This document shows, piece after piece, positions 30,638-39,082 of a stretch of 64,000 bases of DNA. The position numbers and the translations under genes are program-made. Below the pieces are notes generated by a model that worked only from the letters and a program-made list of their open reading frames with translations, was not told the DNA's origin and made no database searches. Each line of letters begins with the position of its first letter. Position 1 is the stretch's first letter. The DNA lies in IMG/VR virus record IMGVR_UViG_3300029305_011880. One strand, written 5' to 3'. The stretch is from an uncultured virus (IMG/VR IMGVR_UViG_3300029305_011880) (taxonomy: Duplodnaviria > Heunggongvirae > Uroviricota > Caudoviricetes).

Positions 30638-32632
30638 TTATTTCCTCTCCGAAGAAGGTCTATTTGTAGAAATCAATCTTAATTCGTCAGGGAATGGATA
30701 TGCCAAAACAAGAGAACTTTCATCATTCATTCTAATAAGCATTTCACCACGCTTAGCCGTTAACAAGAACTGCTTCTCTCCACCAGAAAGTTTAAATACT
30801 TCCTGAACAGCATCAATATCGGTTGGGTTCTGCTTTAGAAGGATATTAACAACAGTATTTGTAAGAACAGCTTTGCCCTGAGGGTTGTCTGCAAATTCCA
30901 TAAAGTTCTGAGATGCAACTAATAAACCGCCGTTTCTCTTACGAATACGACGAGCACAGTTTTCAAGGAACTGAGCAGTAAATTCGTGACCAGCCATATT
31001 TCTATTAACAAGCATCCAAGCTTCGTCACAAATAATTCTCTTTTTAATCTTAGGATTTTTCTTGACGAACTTTTCCCAAGTCCAAGTCATAGCGATATAC
31101 ATACCAATAGGTCTCAATACGCTTTCTTCTAACTGTGAAATATCGAAGTTAACAACAGGAGCATCAAAAAATTCCTTCAAATTGTCAGAAGTTTGACGGT
31201 CAAACATATCATAAATGCCACCTTTACAGAACATACCAAGTGTATTTACAATAGGAGAAAGAATTTCAACGTTAGTTTCTGCACTTCTTCTATATTTCTC
31301 AAGATTATCTCTTAAGTTAGACAATGTAGGCATTGCTTTCTTTCTTCTCTGAATCAACTCACCAGTAGCTTCGTCAAAGAAAGAACCAATTTCATATAAA
31401 GAGTTAGGGTCTTCATTCATTCCAAATTCTTTATAGGTCTCACCGATAACGTGAGCAACGGTAGCTTTAGCTTCGTTTGTAAGACCGCCAACCATAACCG
31501 CAATCATGTTCAGAATGTCGGCCACCTTAGATTTAATATCCACATAAATAGTTCCTTCATCATCAATTTCTTCTTCGATATCAAAAGGATTAATACCACT
31601 TTTAGCATCAGGTGAAATCTTTAAGTTTGCACCACCAACAATGTCACAAATCTTCTTATATTCACCTTCAGGGTCAATAATAATACTTCTAATACCCTTA
31701 ATAGCACTTCTTAAAGTAAGAAGTGAAACGAAGAAGGTTTTACCAGAACCAGCTTGACCAAAAACAGAAGCATTGGAGTTATTTAAAATACTTCTATCAT
31801 AGAAGTCAACGAATACTGGAGTTGCAGTAGACATATTAATTCCCAAGAAAGTACCATTCTTGTGAGAAATCTCACTATTATAGAATGGGAAACAAGCACA
31901 AAGAGCACCAGAGTTAAAGTTTCTGAATTTATCTTTAACAAAAGACTGACCAATAGGAAGCCCGCTCTTATATGCATCTTCCTGTTTTAAATACATTTCA
32001 TCAACATTTATACGACGACCTTTTAACTTGTTAATAAGCTTTTCAGTTTGCTTTCTTAAAGCTTCAACATTCGAATCATAAACATTTGCACCAATCTGAA
32101 TGTAGTACAAGTTTTCATAGTTCTGTTCAAGAGCTCGTCTCTGAGCAACCAGAGAAGCAATCTTATCTTGCAAAGAAGTAATATTCCTGATATTACCTTT
32201 TTTGCTTTCCAAGTCTAACTGTGCCTCGAACTGAGTAATCTTTGCTGTCAATTGGTCAAGAGCTCCACGCTCATCGGAAGGAACAACGTGAATAACAGTA
32301 TCAACGTCTCCATCGAAATTATAAAGGTCATCCAACCAACCAACATTAACAACTGAAGGATATCCATTAATAATAAAACTTCTTACGTATTTACTACCAA
32401 CTCTTAAATATTCTTCACTTGTTCTGTCAACATCAACAGCGATAAAATCTTTGACGTTTCTATCTCCAAACCCAAGAACATTTTTATTTTTCTTGTTCAT
32501 AACCTTGGTTTTGGTATTAGTTTGTTTTATTTTTTTACCTTTTTTCTCGGTAATACTAACACTAACCTCTTCATCCGTAATCTGAGGAAGCGTATTTTGT
32601 TCTACTTGTAAATTCCCTTTTTTCTGAAACAT
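30638..32632 (-). CDS. virB4: VirB4-family (TrsE/TraE-like) conjugation ATPase
   Basis: NSNASVFGQAGSGKTF Walker A, IIDPEGEY, INPFD, ICDEAW Walker B, RRIRKRNGGLLVASQN. Confidence 0.92.
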   Translation of the reverse strand: MFQKKGNLQVEQNTLPQITDEEVSVSITEKKGKKIKQTNTKTKVMNKKNKNVLGFGDRNVKDFIAVDVDRTSEEYLRVGSKYVRSFIINGYPSVVNVGWLDDLYNFDGDVDTVIHVVPSDERGALDQLTAKITQFEAQLDLESKKGNIRNITSLQDKIASLVAQRRALEQNYENLYYIQIGANVYDSNVEALRKQTEKLINKLKGRRINVDEMYLKQEDAYKSGLPIGQSFVKDKFRNFNSGALCACFPFYNSEISHKNGTFLGINMSTATPVFVDFYDRSILNNSNASVFGQAGSGKTFFVSLLTLRSAIKGIRSIIIDPEGEYKKICDIVGGANLKISPDAKSGINPFDIEEEIDDEGTIYVDIKSKVADILNMIAVMVGGLTNEAKATVAHVIGETYKEFGMNEDPNSLYEIGSFFDEATGELIQRRKKAMPTLSNLRDNLEKYRRSAETNVEILSPIVNTLGMFCKGGIYDMFDRQTSDNLKEFFDAPVVNFDISQLEESVLRPIGMYIAMTWTWEKFVKKNPKIKKRIICDEAWMLVNRNMAGHEFTAQFLENCARRIRKRNGGLLVASQNFMEFADNPQGKAVLTNTVVNILLKQNPTDIDAVQEVFKLSGGEKQFLLTAKRGEMLIRMNDESSLVLAYPFPDELRLISTNRPSSERK

Positions 32633-32646
32633 TTATAAGTCCTCCT

Positions 32647-33744
32647 TTACATTGGAATATCAGAGTCAAAATTGTCATTATACAGATTAGGATTAAATAC
32701 AGAAATGTTGTCTCTATTTTGCCCTTTACTGTATTCAGCATCTTCAAACATGTCAGTATCATCATCTAAAATATCAAATAACTCTTCATCGGTTGCTAGA
32801 TTTTCCAAACCACCACGGTTTTGGATATCTGCTAAACCGCCCTTAAGCTCTTCGATATTCTTAGTAATTGCCATAAACAATTCATTAGCTCTTTCAGGGT
32901 TTCTGTCACTAACAACATTGAATCTCATACGGGATTCTGCTTCCTGAAGAATCATAATAGCCTTCTGCAAAGCGTCCTGTTTCTGAGCAGCATTTAAGCC
33001 AGAAACGATAGTTTCCATGTAGTCACCATCAACAATATTGTCGATAACAGCATCTTCATCTCTGTGATATACGGAATACATTAATTCAATTAAGTCTCCA
33101 GTATTAAGACGAGTCCCCTTAATACCGATAGAAGACAAGTTATCAATTAGCATATTAATTCTGCTTTCCAATTCTCTCTTCGAATACTCTTTCTTCTCAT
33201 CAACAGAAAGTTCATTCATATCAATAGTTTCCTCATAAGGAACTATTATATATTTCTTTTTTTGTTTAGAGTTATTAATAGTATTTTTCAAGTTGGCAAT
33301 TTCACGATAATATTGTTCGGCATAATTAACTAGACGAGGACAATCTTGTTTAGTGTTTTCGATGTCTTGCTCTAAAGTTTCCAAAATCTTACCATAGTTC
33401 AATTCTTTTGTTTGAATATAGAAAGTAATTGGATATTGAATAGAGTTCAAAAAGTTTCTAAAAGACTGTTCGATAATCTCTTTTTCTGCTTCTGTCTTTA
33501 AGTGATAATTAGTAGATGTACATTCAATAATACCACGATACTTAAAACCACCCAAGTCAATAACATCTTCATTTATATCAACAAATGGAAGGAATGCTTG
33601 CGCAGTTGTCATATCTTTGGTTGATGCTACCGCTCCGCCATCTGTTGCATTCATTTTCTTCATAGTTTTCGTAACCAAAACAACCGCCACGACAATCATG
33701 AACAAAAAAATCACAAGAATAATGATAGGTAGTAAATTTCCCAT
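32647..33744 (-). CDS. VirB4-associated T4SS membrane protein (TrsD/TraE-N-like)
   Basis: N-terminal TM; TAQAFLPF, NYHLKTEAEKE, FRNFLNSIQYPITFYIQT; lies between PrgI and VirB4. Confidence 0.6.
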   Translation of the reverse strand: MGNLLPIIILVIFLFMIVVAVVLVTKTMKKMNATDGGAVASTKDMTTAQAFLPFVDINEDVIDLGGFKYRGIIECTSTNYHLKTEAEKEIIEQSFRNFLNSIQYPITFYIQTKELNYGKILETLEQDIENTKQDCPRLVNYAEQYYREIANLKNTINNSKQKKKYIIVPYEETIDMNELSVDEKKEYSKRELESRINMLIDNLSSIGIKGTRLNTGDLIELMYSVYHRDEDAVIDNIVDGDYMETIVSGLNAAQKQDALQKAIMILQEAESRMRFNVVSDRNPERANELFMAITKNIEELKGGLADIQNRGGLENLATDEELFDILDDDTDMFEDAEYSKGQNRDNISVFNPNLYNDNFDSDIPM

Positions 33745-33763
33745 AAATTAAATTCCTCCTTAC

Positions 33764-34102
33764 TTATTTTTTCTTTTCTAAATAAGACAACTCAAATTCT
33801 TCCGCTTCTACACGATAATTTGGTAGCTTTTTAATTACTGTTTTGTGATATTTTTTCAATCGCAAATATGTATATAATGGTAACCCCTTTATTTTTACTA
33901 AAGCGAATACTCCGCCAATTGGAACAAAAATTACTACTCCAGCAATGATAGATGCTGTTCCTAAAAATGCGAATGTTGCAAATGAAAATATTGCAGCGGC
34001 ACCCACACCAGCAAGAATGCAAATTAATTGCGCACCTGTCAATATACCACCAACGATTTTTTCTTTTTCGGAAATATCAGGTGGAACACTATATACAGCC
34101 AT
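33764..34102 (-). CDS. PrgI-family (VirB3-like) protein
   Basis: YSVPPDISEKEKIVGGILTGAQL start, two TM helices, GLPLYTYL; upstream of virB4. Confidence 0.8.
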   Translation of the reverse strand: MAVYSVPPDISEKEKIVGGILTGAQLICILAGVGAAAIFSFATFAFLGTASIIAGVVIFVPIGGVFALVKIKGLPLYTYLRLKKYHKTVIKKLPNYRVEAEEFELSYLEKKK

Positions 34103-34253
34103 AAATATAGCCCTCCTTCACTATATAATTTTCTTCTTATATTCTATACAAAACTTTTTCAATATAATATTTTACATTGATTTAGAACTTAATAATTAAC
34201 AAAACCTGTTTAAATAAAAGAATTGGGAGCAGTATGCAACCACCCCCAAATAA

Positions 34254-34847
34254 TTACTTGTTTCTATTCAAATTTTTAAATTTTATTTCATTTATATCAA
34301 CCAATTTGCCTTTATATGTCTCAATATAGTCTAGCATTTCACCAATATCAGTGAATACAGAAAACAAATTGATTGTTTCCTTAGACAAAAATCCTTCTTC
34401 AGACATATCATCTAATAAAGAAATGATTTTGTCATAAAATCCATTTATGTTAAACACGACAATCGCTTTTGAGTGTCTCGCTAATTGTTTCAGTGTTAGT
34501 ATCTCAAAAAACTCATCAAAAGTTCCAATCCCACCAGGAGTAATTATAAAAGCATCCGACATATCTTCTAAAATTTGTTTTCTTTGTCTCATGGTTTTAG
34601 GTTGAATTAATTCATCACAATTGTCAAATAACACACCATCAACATTAAAGAACGAAGGAGCAATACCAACTATTTCGCCGTTATATTTATCTACCCCTCT
34701 TGCAGCAGCACCCATCATCCCTCCAGCTCCTGCTCCAAAAATTAATGAATGTCCTCTTTTGGCAATTTCTTCACCAAGCTTTTCTACTTGCGTTATATAA
34801 GTATCATTTATCTTATTACTAGAAGCTCCATATACACAGATTTTCAT
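34254..34847 (-). CDS. LOG-family nucleotide 5'-monophosphate nucleosidase (TIGR00730 type)
   Basis: KICVYGASS, GMMGAAARG, MRQRKQ, PGGIGTFDEFFE motifs. Confidence 0.92.
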   Translation of the reverse strand: MKICVYGASSNKINDTYITQVEKLGEEIAKRGHSLIFGAGAGGMMGAAARGVDKYNGEIVGIAPSFFNVDGVLFDNCDELIQPKTMRQRKQILEDMSDAFIITPGGIGTFDEFFEILTLKQLARHSKAIVVFNINGFYDKIISLLDDMSEEGFLSKETINLFSVFTDIGEMLDYIETYKGKLVDINEIKFKNLNRNK

Positions 34848-34899
34848 AGTTTAAATCGCCACCTTTCTATTTATATAAAATATGTTCTATAAAAGGATT

Positions 34900-35160
34900 T
34901 TATAGAAAAAATAAGACGAAGACCAGTAAAAGGTCTTCGTCTTTAGTTATGAGCTTTTCAATCTCGTTATATTTTTCCAGCTTATCTAGAGAAAGTTTCC
35001 CATCTTTCTTCATACATCGAGTGTAATACTCCCAATTAGCAACTTTTGCAACTTCACCACCAGCATGTTTATTAAGGATTAGCTTGCCATCTCTTTCGTA
35101 AAGTTTTTTAGCAATCTAATAGTTTTCATTGAACCGAAAAACAACGACTTCAACGGATGA
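34900..35160 (-). pseudogene. Possible gene remnant
   Basis: Protein-like frame (SVEVVVFRFNENY*IAKKLYERDGKLILNKHAGGEVAKVANWEYYTRC...) with in-frame TAG at 35116-35118 and no start or RBS. Confidence 0.3.
34913..34943 (-). terminator. Intrinsic terminator-like hairpin
   Basis: aagacgaagacc/ggtcttcgtctt followed by a T-tract on the minus strand. Confidence 0.6.
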
Positions 35161-35182
35161 AGAGTGAAAGAAAAAAATAAAA

Positions 35183-35212
35183 AAGAGATTCGAAATCTCT
35201 TTCGAATCTCTT
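35183..35212 (-). terminator. Intrinsic terminator of the pilin-like gene
   Basis: aagagattcgaaa/tttcgaatctctt plus a long T-tract on the minus strand. Confidence 0.8.
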
Positions 35213-35233
35213 GAAACCTTTGAAAATAAAGGA

Positions 35234-35797
35234 TTATAGTGCATTGTAGAAGAATCCAGCAATGATGGAAACAGCACCTAAACCAGCAGCTGCAAGACCA
35301 GTCCAAAGAACACCAGTGAGGGCCTGAGAACGAGCCTGAGGGTTACCAGCACTAGAACCGAGCTTCATGAAGTTGATGATGAAGAATACAATCATAGTGA
35401 TTGCGCCAACACCAGAAACACCAACTACAACAGTTCTGTACTTACCGAAAAGGTTGTTCCACTGGTTGCTATCACCAGTACCAATACCCATAACATTTAA
35501 TCCACCTTCATCGGTCATATTAACATTAAAGTTATCAACTTCAGGACGTTCCTTTAACCAAATCTGCTTAGAAACACCATTAATAGAAACCATAACATCG
35601 TAAGAATAACCAGCAGCGGTATCTTTAGCTAAACTGTAATCAATATTAGCACCAATAGCCTGAGCTACCTGGCACTCTTCCGCAGTAGATGCAACTCCAT
35701 CACAAGTGGATTTAGCAGCGAAAGCAGGAGTAACCATAGTTACAGCGAGAATCATAACGACTGCCATTAAAGCAGCAAATCTTTTAAACATAGTCAT
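35234..35797 (-). CDS. VirB2/TrbC-like pilin, probably the major subunit
   Basis: Signal peptide (PAFA), Cys pair, two hydrophobic helices flanking KLGSSAGNPQARSQA; strong AAGGAGG RBS and own terminator; upstream of prgI/virB4. Confidence 0.65.
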   Translation of the reverse strand: MTMFKRFAALMAVVMILAVTMVTPAFAAKSTCDGVASTAEECQVAQAIGANIDYSLAKDTAAGYSYDVMVSINGVSKQIWLKERPEVDNFNVNMTDEGGLNVMGIGTGDSNQWNNLFGKYRTVVVGVSGVGAITMIVFFIINFMKLGSSAGNPQARSQALTGVLWTGLAAAGLGAVSIIAGFFYNAL

Positions 35798-36006
35798 AAA
35801 AAAGACCTCCTTTTAAATTTAATTTTTTGTTTGTTTTTTGGAATTTTGAATTTTTCATGTCTGTCAATAGCGTCCGTATACTATTTATAATACTATATGA
35901 TTTCATTTTCAGAAATATAACTGTTTTTTGCAAAAAATTTGAAAAAAAATCACAAAAACATCACAAAACTGCACGAGCATTTTTGAAACATAGATAGCAA
36001 AAGAAA

Positions 36007-36026
36007 AAGACGGGTTTCCCCGTCTT
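36007..36026 (-). terminator. Intrinsic terminator after clpX
   Basis: aagacggg/cccgtctt with a T-tract on the minus strand. Confidence 0.65.
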
Positions 36027-36030
36027 AAAA

Positions 36031-37215
36031 TTATTTTTGATTTTCTTTAATAATTTTTTCAAGCTCTTTATTAGGATTGTCAAGAAGCTCCTTGGTAATA
36101 ACCATTTTTTTAATATTATCATATTTAGGAAGTTCAAACATCAAAATGTTCATAGGCTTATCGACAATACCTCTCAAACCACGAGCGCCAAGCTTCTTTT
36201 TGCTTGCCTCTGCAACAATGTATTCAATTGCAGACTTATCAAACTTAAGAGAAACGCCATCAGCTTTGAGAAGCGACTTATATTGTTTAACAATCGAATT
36301 CTTAGGTTTAGTAAGAATATCCTGCAACTCCTTATTAGAAAGTTGATGAATTTGAGTAATAACAGGAATACGACCAACAAACTCAGGAATAAACCCATAA
36401 GAAATAATATCTCCCTGTGTTAATTCATCCATATTTACATATGTATTAGTATCCTTATTAATTTCAGCCCTGTCAAATCCAATATGAGATTTATTCTTAT
36501 TCAATCTACTTTCTACGATTTTATTTAGCCCAACAAAAGCACCGCCAAGAACAAATAGTATATTGTCAGTCTTCATAGTAATTTCAATTTTGCCCATACC
36601 AGATTCAATAGTAAATGCTTGCTCTCCATTCTCCATCATCTTTAAAAGCGCTTGCTGAACACCAGTACCATTAACGTCTCTAGAGTTGTGACCCTCTTCT
36701 TTAGAAACAATCTTATCTACTTCATCAACATAAACGATACCCTTTTCTGCAAGCTCAATATCTCCATTAGCCTGAGTATAAAGCTTCTTTAAAATGCTAG
36801 AAACATCTTCGCCAACATAACCAGCTTCTGTAAATGAAGTAGCATCTACAATAACAAAAGGCAACTTCAAAATGTCTGCAAGTGTTTGCATAATATAAGT
36901 TTTACCAGACCCAGTAGGACCAATCATTAAAATATTAGTCTTATTGATTTTTGTAGAACCCCTCATATTAATACGTTTATAATGATTATAAACAGAAACC
37001 GCCAAAATCTTCTTAGCTTCTTCTTGACCAATAATATATTCATCCATTAAAGCTTTTAATTCATGAGGCTTTAAATTAATATTAGACTCTCCCAGGTTTT
37101 CTGGAACATAATCAAACTCATCAATAACTGCATTACAGCAATCAAAGCAGATATTCCCGTGAGCACCTACAATAATATCTTTTTCAAGCCCGCAAAATGA
37201 ACATTTTCCAATCAT
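36031..37215 (-). CDS. clpX: ATP-dependent Clp protease ATP-binding subunit ClpX
   Basis: Zn finger CSFCG...ICFDC, VSVYNHYKR, GPTGSGKT, TEAGYVGEDV, DEVDK, IGF loop, IPEFVGR, LGARGLR. Confidence 0.95.
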   Translation of the reverse strand: MIGKCSFCGLEKDIIVGAHGNICFDCCNAVIDEFDYVPENLGESNINLKPHELKALMDEYIIGQEEAKKILAVSVYNHYKRINMRGSTKINKTNILMIGPTGSGKTYIMQTLADILKLPFVIVDATSFTEAGYVGEDVSSILKKLYTQANGDIELAEKGIVYVDEVDKIVSKEEGHNSRDVNGTGVQQALLKMMENGEQAFTIESGMGKIEITMKTDNILFVLGGAFVGLNKIVESRLNKNKSHIGFDRAEINKDTNTYVNMDELTQGDIISYGFIPEFVGRIPVITQIHQLSNKELQDILTKPKNSIVKQYKSLLKADGVSLKFDKSAIEYIVAEASKKKLGARGLRGIVDKPMNILMFELPKYDNIKKMVITKELLDNPNKELEKIIKENQK

Positions 37216-37229
37216 AACGGCACCTCCGT

Positions 37230-38060
37230 TTAAAAATCTATATTTTTTATTTTATATTTGGATATCATTATTTTCTTTATTTTATCCATTATATTCTTTT
37301 CCAACTTCGAAATGTTTGCCTGTGACATATTAACCATCTGTGCCAATTCGTTTTGTGTTTTATTGTCTGCACCAATCCCAAACCTGTGTTTAATAATGAG
37401 TCTCTCTTTCTCATTTAAATCTTCATTAATAACTTTAACTAAAATTTCAAGAACCTCTTTTTTTGCAATTTCTTCTTCAAGAGATAGTTGCCCTTGGCTT
37501 TCTGTACTTAAGGTAGAATCTAACTCTAATGTGTTACCATTTTTATCAGTAGATAAAGTAGTTTGCAAAGATACTGTTTTTTCTTTAATTTTCTTATCAT
37601 TTCTAATAAAATAAAAAATTTCATTTTCTATACAGCGATAAGCAAATGTAGAAAATTTAATTGGCTTTCCCTGTTTCGTTAATCTAGTCGGATTATAGCT
37701 ATTAATTGCTTTTACATAACCCATCAATGCAACACTAAATAACTCTTCGTAATCAATACCAGTATTAGTAAATCTCTTTACAACGTATTGAACGAGTGAC
37801 ATATTTTCTTCTGCCAATCGATTTTTGTCTTCCATTGTTAATACTTCATTTTTTGGAATAAAGTATTCTTTTTCGTGGAAAATTTCTTCATCTTCGATAT
37901 CATCACAATCTTCAAACAATTCATCCTCTTCTGAAAATAAAACATCATATATCTCGTCAGAATCGACCTCTGTATTTTCTGAACCTAGACTTAAAAAGTC
38001 AGAGATTGAGGTATTATTAACCTCTGAAACGTTTGCCGTTTCATTCTTTTCTTTTTTCAA
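37230..38060 (-). CDS. Sporulation-type (SigE/SigK-like) sigma-70 factor with acidic N-terminal extension
   Basis: ENMSLVQYVVKRF, KFSTFAYRCIENEI, DKNGNTLEL, TQNELAQMVNMSQANISKLEK match regions 2 and 4 of the SigE/SigK clade; TTG start. Confidence 0.85.
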   Translation of the reverse strand: MKKEKNETANVSEVNNTSISDFLSLGSENTEVDSDEIYDVLFSEEDELFEDCDDIEDEEIFHEKEYFIPKNEVLTMEDKNRLAEENMSLVQYVVKRFTNTGIDYEELFSVALMGYVKAINSYNPTRLTKQGKPIKFSTFAYRCIENEIFYFIRNDKKIKEKTVSLQTTLSTDKNGNTLELDSTLSTESQGQLSLEEEIAKKEVLEILVKVINEDLNEKERLIIKHRFGIGADNKTQNELAQMVNMSQANISKLEKNIMDKIKKIMISKYKIKNIDF

Positions 38061-38190
38061 GACATATCACCATCCTTTGAATATAGAATACCGCTTTTTA
38101 AAAGTAGCTTCAACCATAAATGTGCTTTATATGGTGTCTTAGAACACAATATATATTATATTATATATATTACATATAAAAACACATAAA

Positions 38191-38224
38191 AGAAATAATG
38201 GCGTCTATAGACGCCATTATTTCT
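38191..38224 (-). terminator. Terminator, perfect 34-bp palindrome
   Basis: agaaataatggcgtcta|tagacgccattatttct downstream of the thioredoxin-like gene. Confidence 0.7.
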
Positions 38225-38240
38225 ATAAAAAATTAAATTT

Positions 38241-38987
38241 TTACTTGTTAAAAGCAATATCAATATAATTTTCGAGGTCGCCTTCATTTACCCCGCCATA
38301 AGTAACGAGCTGAACTTCACCGTTTTCAATGTAGAGGAATGTAGGAATCCAAGGAATATAGTTCATAATAGTGCTATTTTCCTGATTAATATCTTTCCAA
38401 ACGAATGCATTTTCTCCAGAAGCATTAAATGCACTAATATCACCAGTTGTATCAGTAGTCAAGGAAATCACAGGAATTTCAGAATGAGACTCACGGAACT
38501 TATCAACTACAGGAATACTTGCATTACAATATCCACAAGTAGGACTGAAAATCTCTAAGATATACTTTTCAGCTCCGAAATCAGCATTAGAATGCTTTAC
38601 ACCTAGAGAGTCTTCCCAAGGAATGTTAGGCATTGCGCTTCCAATTAGCTGAGATGCATACATCTTAGATTCTGCATCACCATAGAAGTTTTCAACTGTA
38701 ACATTCTTTTTCTGGTTAATAACATACTTGCTGTAATCCACAGATTGTTGAATGTTAGTGTCATCCCCACTAGACTGATTGCCAGAATTGTTTGGCTGAG
38801 TAATAGTAATTGCAGATTCGCTAATCCGATTTTCAGTTCTAGCTTCACCAATCAAATAACCACCGATAATACCCAAAGTAAAAGACAAAATAACGGAAAG
38901 AATTAATATAGATGCGGTAATTTGACTTCCAGTATTTTGTGTCTGAAAATTCTTTGGGTTATTTTTATAATTGCTATTGTTTCCCAT
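38241..38987 (-). CDS. Membrane-anchored thioredoxin-like (TlpA/ResA-type) thiol-disulfide oxidoreductase
   Basis: N-terminal TM, IGSAMPNIPWEDSLG lead-in, FSPTCGYC active site, WIPTFLYIENG cis-Pro loop; upstream TTGAAA-17-TATACT. Confidence 0.85.
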   Translation of the reverse strand: MGNNSNYKNNPKNFQTQNTGSQITASILILSVILSFTLGIIGGYLIGEARTENRISESAITITQPNNSGNQSSGDDTNIQQSVDYSKYVINQKKNVTVENFYGDAESKMYASQLIGSAMPNIPWEDSLGVKHSNADFGAEKYILEIFSPTCGYCNASIPVVDKFRESHSEIPVISLTTDTTGDISAFNASGENAFVWKDINQENSTIMNYIPWIPTFLYIENGEVQLVTYGGVNEGDLENYIDIAFNK

Positions 38988-39082
38988 ATAAAAGAATCCT
39001 CCTTATTTTTCTATAACCAAAGTATATGATTATTTATTTTATTTTTCAATATTTTTATTGTTCGACAAAGATTAAACAAGTA

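Larger units (their letters stand above)
16568..35797 (-). mobile_element. Gram-positive-type conjugative T4SS (mating-pair formation) gene block
   Basis: Co-oriented pilin, PrgI, VirB4 partner, VirB4, VirB6, cell-wall hydrolase and second pilin; no relaxase or VirD4 in the window. Confidence 0.8.

Noticed and set aside
35116..35118. In-frame TAG as evidence for stop-codon recoding
   Set aside because: All long genes are intact under code 11; a single case in a fragment is better explained by decay
38122..38159. Two NrdR-box-like sequences upstream of the sigma gene
   Set aside because: Each has mismatches at conserved positions in very AT-rich DNA, and no convincing pair is seen upstream of nrdD
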